This document shows positions 49,455-57,455 of a stretch of 59,107 nt of DNA, piece by piece. Under the pieces are notes generated by a model. The model searched no databases. It had not been told where the DNA came from and saw only the letters and a program-made list of their open reading frames with translations. Source of the stretch: an uncultured Defluviitaleaceae bacterium (GTDB lineage: Bacteria; Bacillota; Clostridia; Lachnospirales; WRAX01); NCBI GenBank assembly GCA_964449985.1, contig CAYVCG010000001.1:1-59107 (forward strand), read 5' to 3'. Each line of letters opens with the position of its first letter. Position 1 is the first letter of the stretch. The translations under genes were made by a program, and so were the position numbers.

Positions 49455-49462
49455 CAGTTTTT

Positions 49463-49495
49463 CAATAAAAATAGGGTGGAATTTTTATCCACCCT
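49463..49495 (-). terminator. Intrinsic terminator (distal copy of duplicated hairpin) ending the SPFH/Tim44-like operon
   Basis: Minus strand: AGGGTGGA-uaaaaau-UCCACCCU followed by AUUUUUAUU. Confidence 0.75.
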
Positions 49496-49620
49496 CACGA
49501 TATTGACAAATACTAAAATTTCTAACGGACGGCCAATGGCCGCCCCTACAAATGGCGTAAAACCAGAATTTCTGTAGGGGCGCGCATTGCGCGCCCGTAT
49601 TGTTCGATAAATTGTCCACA
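49496..49620 (-). repeat. REP/REPIN-like interspersed element, copy D (best preserved)
   Basis: The reverse complement aligns end to end with copy C. It has two perfect or near-perfect 8-bp palindromes: GGGCGCGC-ATT-GCGCGCCC (49578-49596) and GGACGGCC-AAT-GGCCGCCC (49527-49545). Their GTAG/CTAC heads face each other across 24 nt. Confidence 0.88.
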
Positions 49621-49625
49621 GCCTA

Positions 49626-49648
49626 AGGTTGGAATTTTTATCCACCCT
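49626..49648 (-). repeat. Proximal, degenerate copy of the duplicated terminator hairpin
   Basis: AGGTTGGAATTTTTATCCACCCT is 22/23 identical to 49473-49495. The single change breaks the stem, and no T-tract follows on the minus strand. Confidence 0.8.
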
Positions 49649-49667
49649 ATTCCACAATATTCAAATC

Positions 49668-50627
49668 CTAATACCCTCTAACACTGTTTATCTCACACAG
49701 CACCCAGTCAAACTTACCTGTTGTTATAACGCTGTCACAATACTGGCATTGTCCGGATGATGTTATATCAGTCGGCGCGCCACAATTAGGACAGTTAGTC
49801 GTGCTTAGGTTGCTTGTAGACGGATTCGTTTTTGTATCCGCGCTGCGTATAAATTTCAGCAAGTATGCCATACGATATACTTTATTAGGATCTCCGCGCA
49901 ATACCTTGCCGGTTTCATCGTCGATAAAGTAGTCATTCATCTTCGCATTTAAATAAACGGTCAGATAAGCATAATCTTCATCCTTTGAATATGCTGTCAA
50001 ATACGCATCATTTACGCAAATATTTTCCACGATATTAGTCCTTTTGTTATCAATATGCTCTTGAAGCTGCAACTGATGCGTCTTGAAAAGCGTATCGTTT
50101 TCGAAAGGCCTTGCCAATTTCCAATCACGTTTGGTCCATGCTGTTTGAAGCTGAACAAACACTTCTTTTGACCATGAAATAAACTTATCTGATGAGAATA
50201 ACTGGTCTTCCTCTTTTATTTGCGCTGATATCGCCTCAGTGTTATTCGGATGGTTTTGAGGTATTTGCGAACTGTCTAACGGGCGCAGGTTTTTATCCGA
50301 AGAACTGCTATTGCGGCTTACACTCTTGCCAATAAACACTAGAACTATAACAACAACAATTAATCCAACAAATCCCAACGGCCCATTCGTAAAGAACAGC
50401 AAAATAATCCATATCAAAAAGTCACTAGAATCGCCGTTACTACTGCCATAACCTCCGTCGTATCCTCCCCCGTCAAAGCTTCCTCCATCTGAATCATAAC
50501 TATTAAAATTCCCAACATCTGCCATGGCATAACGTGGGCTAAGATTAATCGTGATGTTTACAGTCCCAACTGTTATACACACCATAACAACAATATATAG
50601 CAGCCGCCTAATCATGTTATTCTTCAT
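49668..50627 (-). CDS. Tim44-like domain membrane protein with C-terminal zinc ribbon
   Basis: N-terminal TM, Gly/Ser/Asp-rich segment, second TM, Tim44-like alpha/beta region, then CPNCGA...CQYC. ATG after GGGAGAG. Confidence 0.75.
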   Translation of the reverse strand: MKNNMIRRLLYIVVMVCITVGTVNITINLSPRYAMADVGNFNSYDSDGGSFDGGGYDGGYGSSNGDSSDFLIWIILLFFTNGPLGFVGLIVVVIVLVFIGKSVSRNSSSSDKNLRPLDSSQIPQNHPNNTEAISAQIKEEDQLFSSDKFISWSKEVFVQLQTAWTKRDWKLARPFENDTLFKTHQLQLQEHIDNKRTNIVENICVNDAYLTAYSKDEDYAYLTVYLNAKMNDYFIDDETGKVLRGDPNKVYRMAYLLKFIRSADTKTNPSTSNLSTTNCPNCGAPTDITSSGQCQYCDSVITTGKFDWVLCEINSVRGY

Positions 50628-50662
50628 AACATACTCTCCCAATCATTTTTATTAGCACAAGG

Positions 50663-51916
50663 TTATTTTGCAGCGCCGCATTCCGGGCAGAACTTAACAG
50701 GCTTTTCGCTAACAAAACCACAAGCAGGGCATTTAAGCGAAGGCTCCGAAGGCTTTGGAGAACCACATTCTCCGCAGAACTTAGACATAGCGCTATTTTC
50801 ATTGCCACAGGAGCACTTCCAAGAACCGCTTTGGGCAGGATTTGGCTTGCCGCAGGAAGAACAGAATTTTGTGCTGTTGGTTTCGCCACAAGAGCATCGC
50901 CATAAGTTGCTGACATGTTTAAACGTCCGACTAGGCTCGGGCATATTTTGAATAAAAGAGCCCATATTATTCATAGCTTGGCCGGCAAGATTCATGCCAA
51001 AAACACCCATAGCAACTCCGCCGCTATTGTTTGCCGCATTGACCATAGCATCTGCACCGGCGGATGCCAAAAGACCGCCTGCCGCATTTTTATCGGAAAA
51101 GAACATAGCATCAGACATTTTCTCGACCCTCGCCTGAGACTTACTATCAAGGGTAATCCCGTTTATGCCAACGGAAACTATGACAATACCGCGATTTTGT
51201 GTCCATGCGCTGTCCAAAATATCATTCATATATTCAGTTATTTCTGTGCCTCTGGATGAAAGCTTGTTATAAGGAACATTCTGTTTGTTTATAACCTCGT
51301 TAAGCTTCGTCATAAATTCGGGCTTTATTCTTGACGAATACTCATCCGCTGTATACACTTCTGCAACAGTTCCCACAACGTTTTCAACAAACGCAATCGG
51401 ATCTATAATTTTAAAGCTATATGAACCGTGATATTTAAGATTAATAGCCCTGTATTGCGGATCCTCATAAGGAACAGGCTCTGGAGTTCCAAAAAGGTTG
51501 TCTAATATCTCTTTAGTATTTACATAATATATCCGCATATCCTTGCCGCTTTCGCCGCCCATTTTAATACGCTCGACCGATTTGTCAAATATCCTTTTTA
51601 AACCACCATATAAACCTTGAGCATCAAAAAAACTGGATTCAGAACCGCTCTGGAAAACATATTCCCCCGCTTCCGCAACAAATTCACGCACAAGCCCATT
51701 ATCGGTTATAATACAAGCGACACCGGCAGGAACAACTATTCTAGAACCGTTTGTGATAACGCCTTCATTGCTTTTAGTATTTGCGCCACGCTCTGTTCTT
51801 CTGTAAATCCTGCGCATCAAATCACGTGGTTTCATATCAGCTGTAAAAAAATCATAATATTGATCAGATAATGTACTTTTAGCGGATGTTATTGCTGCCT
51901 TGATTAAGCCCATCAT
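50663..51916 (-). CDS. SPFH-domain protein (YdjI-like) with three C-terminal zinc-ribbon repeats
   Basis: The N-terminal ~300 aa resemble the YdjI / virion-core-like SPFH family. The C-terminus carries CSCG..FCSSCG, CSCG..FCGECG and CPACG..FCPECG. Confidence 0.75.
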   Translation of the reverse strand: MMGLIKAAITSAKSTLSDQYYDFFTADMKPRDLMRRIYRRTERGANTKSNEGVITNGSRIVVPAGVACIITDNGLVREFVAEAGEYVFQSGSESSFFDAQGLYGGLKRIFDKSVERIKMGGESGKDMRIYYVNTKEILDNLFGTPEPVPYEDPQYRAINLKYHGSYSFKIIDPIAFVENVVGTVAEVYTADEYSSRIKPEFMTKLNEVINKQNVPYNKLSSRGTEITEYMNDILDSAWTQNRGIVIVSVGINGITLDSKSQARVEKMSDAMFFSDKNAAGGLLASAGADAMVNAANNSGGVAMGVFGMNLAGQAMNNMGSFIQNMPEPSRTFKHVSNLWRCSCGETNSTKFCSSCGKPNPAQSGSWKCSCGNENSAMSKFCGECGSPKPSEPSLKCPACGFVSEKPVKFCPECGAAK

Positions 51917-52107
51917 GCATTCCTCTTTTCATTATTTATTTAATCTTGTTTAGAAGTTTATAATTATATAAACGCAAAATGGTTTCATTTTGATTATACA
52001 AAAAAACATATTATTACTCAATAAATAAATTTAAAAACTTATGGAATAGTATGGATATAAGATGATATAATTATGCTGTTAAAAGACATCGTGAAAGGAA
52101 TTTTATT

Positions 52108-52956
52108 ATGCCGGGAATGCTTTATGTTTGCGCAACACCTATAGGGAATTTGGAAGATATAACGCTTAGGGTCTTACGGGTGTTAAAAGAGGTTGATTTT
52201 ATAGCGGCGGAAGACACAAGACACACTCAAAAACTGCTTAATTATTATGATATTAAAGCAGCCCTGACAAGTTATCATGAGCACAACAAAAAAACAAAGG
52301 GCATGGAAATAATAAAACGTATTTTAAACGGCGAAACTGCCGCCCTTGTTACAGATGCAGGAATGCCAGGCATTTCTGACCCCGGCGAGGATTTAATACG
52401 GCTGTGTTATGAAAACGGCATAGAGGTTACTGTATGCCCGGGCGCTTGTGCTTCTGTAATGGCGCTCGTGCTTTCCGGCCTGCCCACACGCAGATTCTGC
52501 TTTGAAGGTTTTTTGCCAACTAATAAAAAAGAGCGCAAACAGATACTTGATTTAGTTAAAGCAGAAACTCGAACTATTATATTTTATGAAGCGCCTCACC
52601 GTTTATTAGAAACGATGGAAACACTGTATGAAACATTAGGAAATAGAGAAGCAACCGTGCTTCGTGAGCTCACAAAGCAGCATGAAACAATAGTGAGAGG
52701 AACGCTTTCCTCACTAATAGATAAGTTCAAAACGACAGAACCCCGTGGCGAGATTGTGCTTGTTATTCATGGGGTTGATATCGGCGGGCTTTTGGATGAA
52801 GAAAGGGCAAAATGGCTCGAAACATCTATCAAAGACCATGTATCGATGTATATCGGCCAAGGCATGAGTAAAATGGACGCTATGAAAAAAGCAGCTAAAG
52901 ACAGGGGAGTTTCCAAAAGCGATATATATAAAGAGTTGATTGATGATATTCAATAA
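52108..52956 (+). CDS. rsmI: 16S rRNA (cytidine1402-2'-O)-methyltransferase
   Basis: LYVCATPIGNLEDIT, AEDTR, SDAG-like DAGMPGISDPG, and YEAPHR motifs. Confidence 0.93.
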   Translation: MPGMLYVCATPIGNLEDITLRVLRVLKEVDFIAAEDTRHTQKLLNYYDIKAALTSYHEHNKKTKGMEIIKRILNGETAALVTDAGMPGISDPGEDLIRLCYENGIEVTVCPGACASVMALVLSGLPTRRFCFEGFLPTNKKERKQILDLVKAETRTIIFYEAPHRLLETMETLYETLGNREATVLRELTKQHETIVRGTLSSLIDKFKTTEPRGEIVLVIHGVDIGGLLDEERAKWLETSIKDHVSMYIGQGMSKMDAMKKAAKDRGVSKSDIYKELIDDIQ

Positions 52957-52975
52957 TCAAACCTACTTAATAAAC

Positions 52976-52998
52976 AACCCCGCCCAATTGGCGAGGTT
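52976..52998. terminator. Possible bidirectional terminator hairpin
   Basis: AACCCCGCC-caatt-GGCGAGGTT (one mismatch) between convergent genes. T-tracts are weak. Confidence 0.4.
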
Positions 52999-53006
52999 AT
53001 TAATTA

Positions 53007-54143
53007 TTATTGCTTCTTTTGATGGTCATCAAGTAAACCATCCAAAAATGTTATGCATTTTTCTTCCATAGCCGTTATAAAGTCTTTATGCGTTGCTTTC
53101 TCTAGCTTTGGAAGCTCTTCGTGCCTAACCCCAAGCATAATAAATTTATTAATAACATCCATAATAGTCGGCATTATATGCTTTGCATTTGATACAACTC
53201 CCATAAGCAGCTCATTTATAAATATTGCATCGGGATAATGAGACCATACAAAGCCTTCAAAATCAAAGGGATTTACTAAAACGCCATTCTCGTCTTCAAA
53301 CCTGCGGTTCATTTTCAATGTTTCAACCTTTTCATAATGTACAAGTAACCTGCCCACAATATCATTTTCGGCAACTTTGTTGCTAAAATTCGCCGCTTGC
53401 AGCCTAGCCTTATAATTGCGATTTTCCAGCGCAACTTCCATTGGCAATCCAATACCGTCTATAGAAGCACCACCCATATTATCAAAGTATGACGCAAGAT
53501 ATATTGCAAGGCCTCCTCCTTTGGAATGCCCAAAGGCACTGTATTTAGTCTTGCTGTCGCCGTATTTGGCCTTAATATCTTTAACAAACGACACAAGCGG
53601 AGCAAAATTGCTTGATGATCCAAATATCATATTAAAATTATCGCGCCAATCCTCTGATTTGAATATTTCAGTCCATTTTCGCTGTTTTATTTTATCGACC
53701 CAATCACCGACAAAATCAAACATTTCGCCTTCAGAACCACGGCATACGAAATAAATCTCATTTGTTGCATAGTTTTTAAACGCAAAAACAACAAGCCCAG
53801 TGCCCTTTTCATTGCCTGTCATAACATTATCATTTTCATGGCCAATAAGAATAAGGTTTTTAAGGTTTTCATTTCTTCGCACCTCTTCAATAACCTTTTC
53901 GAAATTAAAGCGCACCCTAACCTTCTTTTTTCTAGCCAGATCCTGGCCTTTAGCCATGCCATGGGTTTGTGATCTATTGAGCATTCCTCTTTCAAAAAAA
54001 ACGGCAGTATCGCCGATTCTTGTTTTGTTATTTATCAATATGTTTTTATCGGACACATAACCGTTATAATCATCTTTATTAGAAAGATCCATATAGGAAT
54101 ATTTAACAAGCTGCAAAATATCCAAATCAGTTAGCCCCTGCAT
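53007..54143 (-). CDS. Alpha/beta-hydrolase, Mbeg1-like (DUF2974) putative lipase/esterase
   Basis: 378 aa with nucleophile elbow GHSKGG in the context YSAFGHSKGGGLAIYLAS, typical of DUF2974. Confidence 0.7.
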   Translation of the reverse strand: MQGLTDLDILQLVKYSYMDLSNKDDYNGYVSDKNILINNKTRIGDTAVFFERGMLNRSQTHGMAKGQDLARKKKVRVRFNFEKVIEEVRRNENLKNLILIGHENDNVMTGNEKGTGLVVFAFKNYATNEIYFVCRGSEGEMFDFVGDWVDKIKQRKWTEIFKSEDWRDNFNMIFGSSSNFAPLVSFVKDIKAKYGDSKTKYSAFGHSKGGGLAIYLASYFDNMGGASIDGIGLPMEVALENRNYKARLQAANFSNKVAENDIVGRLLVHYEKVETLKMNRRFEDENGVLVNPFDFEGFVWSHYPDAIFINELLMGVVSNAKHIMPTIMDVINKFIMLGVRHEELPKLEKATHKDFITAMEEKCITFLDGLLDDHQKKQ

Positions 54144-54200
54144 AATGAAAGCCCCCGCATAAAATGATTAATACATAATATGCATGAGGCTTTGTTTGTG

Positions 54201-55127
54201 CTATTGTATGCCATAATAATCCTTGGCTAGAGTTATATCCATTGTTATTCGTTCTTTTAGCTGCTCCACGGATTGAAACTTTATCTCATCCCGTAAAAAC
54301 TTATAGAAATCTATCCAAACGGTTTTGCCGTATAAATCTCCGTCAAAACCGAAAATATAAGTCTCAATAACAGTTGTTTCGCCGTTAACCGTTGGGTTAT
54401 CACCGATATTTGTAACGCTATAGTATTCCGTGCCGTCAAACTTGGTTTTGGTAAAGTATATACCGCAGGGTGGCAAGACCTTGTTTTTATAAGGGGTTAG
54501 GTTAACTGTGGGAAAGCCGATAGTCCTCCCCAGCTTTTTGCCATGCAAAACCTTTCCCATTATAAAATACGGCCTTGTCAAATATTTTTCTATCTGCCCA
54601 AACTCTTTTTGCGATATGAGCTTTCTTATTTTGCTGCTACTAACCTTTTTCCCGTTTTCCTCAACATGGTCACAGCCTATTACAGAAACACCGTTCTTTT
54701 TGCCTAGTTCGCAAAGCATTTCATAAGAGCCTTTTCTGTTTTTGCCAAAACGATAACCCTTTCCAACAACTATCACCTTGCATCTTAGTTGCTTAAACAA
54801 AATCTCCTCAACAAAGCATTCCGGGCCTATCATGGAAAAGTCCTTGTCAAAAGGATATTCTATATAAAAATCTATCCCAATATCCTGCAAGAGGAAAGAC
54901 TTTTCTTCAGGGGATGTTATTGTCTGAAAATGAGAATCATCGGTGAGTGTGGACATTGGATGAGGCGTAAATGATAAAACAGCGCTGTCCAACTTGTATT
55001 TTTGAGAACATTCCTTAACAACCGAAATCAGCTTACGGTGCCCGGTATGAAGGCCGTCAAAATTCCCTATAGTCAAAGCTGTATCGTTATGTATCAAATT
55101 TAGATTGTTATCAAAAATATGTTTCAT
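54201..55127 (-). CDS. ribF: Bifunctional riboflavin kinase / FMN adenylyltransferase
   Basis: GNFDGLHTGH nucleotidyltransferase motif, and C-terminal riboflavin kinase GFPTVNL and a PTVN-type motif. Confidence 0.95.
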   Translation of the reverse strand: MKHIFDNNLNLIHNDTALTIGNFDGLHTGHRKLISVVKECSQKYKLDSAVLSFTPHPMSTLTDDSHFQTITSPEEKSFLLQDIGIDFYIEYPFDKDFSMIGPECFVEEILFKQLRCKVIVVGKGYRFGKNRKGSYEMLCELGKKNGVSVIGCDHVEENGKKVSSSKIRKLISQKEFGQIEKYLTRPYFIMGKVLHGKKLGRTIGFPTVNLTPYKNKVLPPCGIYFTKTKFDGTEYYSVTNIGDNPTVNGETTVIETYIFGFDGDLYGKTVWIDFYKFLRDEIKFQSVEQLKERITMDITLAKDYYGIQ

Positions 55128-55143
55128 TTAAAAAAACCCCTTA

Positions 55144-56070
55144 TCAAATAAGCATTGTGACAGGCTTTAAAAACAACTCGCCTTGATCGTCAATCGTTTT
55201 ATAAACGCCAACGATGTTCCCCTCATGATCATATACAGCAATATTTTCTTCCCCGGTTATTAAATCGCTTCTGTCTGCATAGCTTGCGGCTATTTTATTG
55301 CCGTTATAAAGATATTTATGGGCTTGCTGCGAAACGATAACCTTTTTATAATCCGAAAGAATGCTTTGGAACGGCAGTATTATATTGTTTAGTTTATCTT
55401 GTTCCACAATTTCTTTAATATCGCTAAGCTTTATTGCATCAACGATATCAAACACACCTGTTCTTGTGCGCAGCAAGCTTCCCATATGAGCCCCACAGCC
55501 AAGCTTTTCGCCAATATCGCTGCATAAAGCCCTGATATATGTGCCTTTGGAGCATGTTACATCTATTTCAAATCTATCAGGCGCAGAAAAAGACACAACA
55601 TCTATTTGGCTGATGCAAACCAAGCGCTTTGGCCTCTCAATATCCTTGCCCTTCCTTGCCAAATCATAAAGCTTTTGGCCGCCTATTTTAATTGCGGAAT
55701 ACATAGGCGGCATCTGCATATATTCACCCAAAAACGAATCCACTGCCGCCTTTATTGCATCATAATCGCATGTTACGTTATTCCTCTCCAGTATTTCGCC
55801 TGTAGAGTCCTGCGTATCTGTTGTAATGCCTAAAACGACCTCAGCCTTATATTGCTTTTCGTCCGCCATTATATAATCTGCAAGGCGTGTTGCTTTTCCA
55901 AGGCATACCGGCAGAACACCTTCTGCATCAGGATCGAGTGTTCCCGTATGGCCTGCCTTAGCTCCGGTATACTTTGTTATGATAGCAACAACGTCATGTG
56001 ATGTAAATCCTTTTTCCTTATAAACGTTTATAACACCGTGAATATTGTTATTCCTGTATTTTTTAGCCAT
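55144..56070 (-). CDS. truB: tRNA pseudouridine(55) synthase
   Basis: GHTGTLDP catalytic Asp motif, MYSAIK motif, and a C-terminal PUA-like region. Confidence 0.95.
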   Translation of the reverse strand: MAKKYRNNNIHGVINVYKEKGFTSHDVVAIITKYTGAKAGHTGTLDPDAEGVLPVCLGKATRLADYIMADEKQYKAEVVLGITTDTQDSTGEILERNNVTCDYDAIKAAVDSFLGEYMQMPPMYSAIKIGGQKLYDLARKGKDIERPKRLVCISQIDVVSFSAPDRFEIDVTCSKGTYIRALCSDIGEKLGCGAHMGSLLRTRTGVFDIVDAIKLSDIKEIVEQDKLNNIILPFQSILSDYKKVIVSQQAHKYLYNGNKIAASYADRSDLITGEENIAVYDHEGNIVGVYKTIDDQGELFLKPVTMLI

Positions 56071-56086
56071 GTGGTTTCTCCGTTTA

Positions 56087-57088
56087 TTAATTTTTAAGAG
56101 CAGCCTTTAAAGCGTTTAGCATTGTTTCACAAGCCTGATCAACAGTTCCTAATAACGTTGCACCGGCGGCTTTTTTATGCCCTCCGCCGCCAAACATCCC
56201 AGCGACTTTGCTGACATCTATCTGCTTAGAGCGTATGCTGGCCTTTGTTATATTTTCAGGGCGTTCTGTAATAAGAAACGAAGCCTGCACTCCTCTTATG
56301 TTAAGCAAGTATTCAACAACGCCATCCAAGTCGTTGTATGTAGCGTTTGCCCTTTTCATATCTTCGATTGTTAAAAAACTATATGCAATAGGATAGCTTT
56401 CATCCAAAACAAGCCTATCCAACGCTATGCCGAATATTTTTGCTTCCTCAAAGGAATGAATCTGCATAATCTCAGTGTATATATGAGAAAAATCAATACC
56501 AAGAGCAATTAGCTCCGCAGCTATGCGCTGGGTTTTTGGGGTTGTTGAACCATGCCTAAACCCGCCCGTATCAAATATTATTCCTGTGTATATACATTCG
56601 GCTATATCCTTCGTTGGCTTAATAAACTCCGTAACAGCATCATACATTATTTCAGACGTTGAAGAAGCATCTGCCACAACAAAGTTATAATCCGCAAAGC
56701 AGACGTTGCTTATATGGTGATCAATAACTATTTTGATAGCTGTGCGTTCATAAACCTTAAATGCTTCGGACGAAAAACGGTCTACTGATGAAGTATCCAG
56801 CGCAACAAAAGCATCTCCGGATAGTTCGGAATAATCCCCGTCATAAATAAACTCGCTGCCCTTTAAAAAAGAGTATTTGCAGGAATAATTATCCAGAAGA
56901 ATCACAGGCTGTTTACCTATTTCCTTCATGCATAAAGCAAAGGCAAAACATGCCCCCACAGCGTCTCCGTCTGGGTTGATATGCCCTGCGATTATTATTT
57001 TTTTACAATCGCAGAGCGTATCCTTTAGTATTGTAAAATCATTAAAAAGGTTTTCAGGCATTGCGCGATCACTCATCCTCTTTATCAT
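56087..57088 (-). CDS. nrnA: DHH/DHHA1 phosphoesterase (NrnA-type oligoribonuclease / pAp phosphatase)
   Basis: GHINPDGDAVG, DHH (VIDHH) and GGGH motifs. Start uncertain (57088, 57076 or 57061). Confidence 0.88.
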   Translation of the reverse strand: MIKRMSDRAMPENLFNDFTILKDTLCDCKKIIIAGHINPDGDAVGACFAFALCMKEIGKQPVILLDNYSCKYSFLKGSEFIYDGDYSELSGDAFVALDTSSVDRFSSEAFKVYERTAIKIVIDHHISNVCFADYNFVVADASSTSEIMYDAVTEFIKPTKDIAECIYTGIIFDTGGFRHGSTTPKTQRIAAELIALGIDFSHIYTEIMQIHSFEEAKIFGIALDRLVLDESYPIAYSFLTIEDMKRANATYNDLDGVVEYLLNIRGVQASFLITERPENITKASIRSKQIDVSKVAGMFGGGGHKKAAGATLLGTVDQACETMLNALKAALKN

Positions 57089-57440
57089 TATGACTTTCGC
57101 CTATTTCTTTAATTATCTCGTTTATCCTTGCACTATATTCTATAGATTCATCAAGAATAAACTTAAATTCTGGCGTATTGCGCAAATTTATTCTTCGCGC
57201 TATTTCCTTCCTGATAAAGCCGGATGCATTTTTTAATATTGTCATAGCTTCCTTTTTCTGTGTCTCGTCTCCAAAAACGCTGACATAAACCTTTGTATAC
57301 GAAAGATCGTTTGTCGTTTCTGTTTTAATAACGCTTGCCATAGCGCCAATTCTTGGATCCTTGATGTCTGATCTTATGATATTTGCAACTTCTCGCATTA
57401 TTTCGTCGTTTATTCTAACCATTCTGGTGTTATTAGCCAT
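57069..57440 (-). CDS. rbfA: Ribosome-binding factor A
   Basis: 123 aa with R..RINDEI..E.. and the VSVFG motif. Canonical position after infB. Confidence 0.93.
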   Translation of the reverse strand: MANNTRMVRINDEIMREVANIIRSDIKDPRIGAMASVIKTETTNDLSYTKVYVSVFGDETQKKEAMTILKNASGFIRKEIARRINLRNTPEFKFILDESIEYSARINEIIKEIGESHNDKEDE

Positions 57441-57455
57441 TTTTACTTTGCTCCT

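Noticed and set aside
49451-49657. 68-aa ORF in the track, and a comparable 36-codon reading at 45812-45922. Both translate the repeat element into an Arg-rich peptide (..RTIR(A/T)RNARPYRNSGF..IGRPLEI..). Copy A's 33-nt deletion is also in frame.
   Set aside because: There is no conserved start codon or RBS; the starts fall inside the host terminator hairpins. Copy B has a 1-nt indel that breaks the frame while nucleotide similarity continues. Conservation tracks the palindromic structure rather than codon positions. I treat it as non-coding, although ribosome profiling could overturn this.
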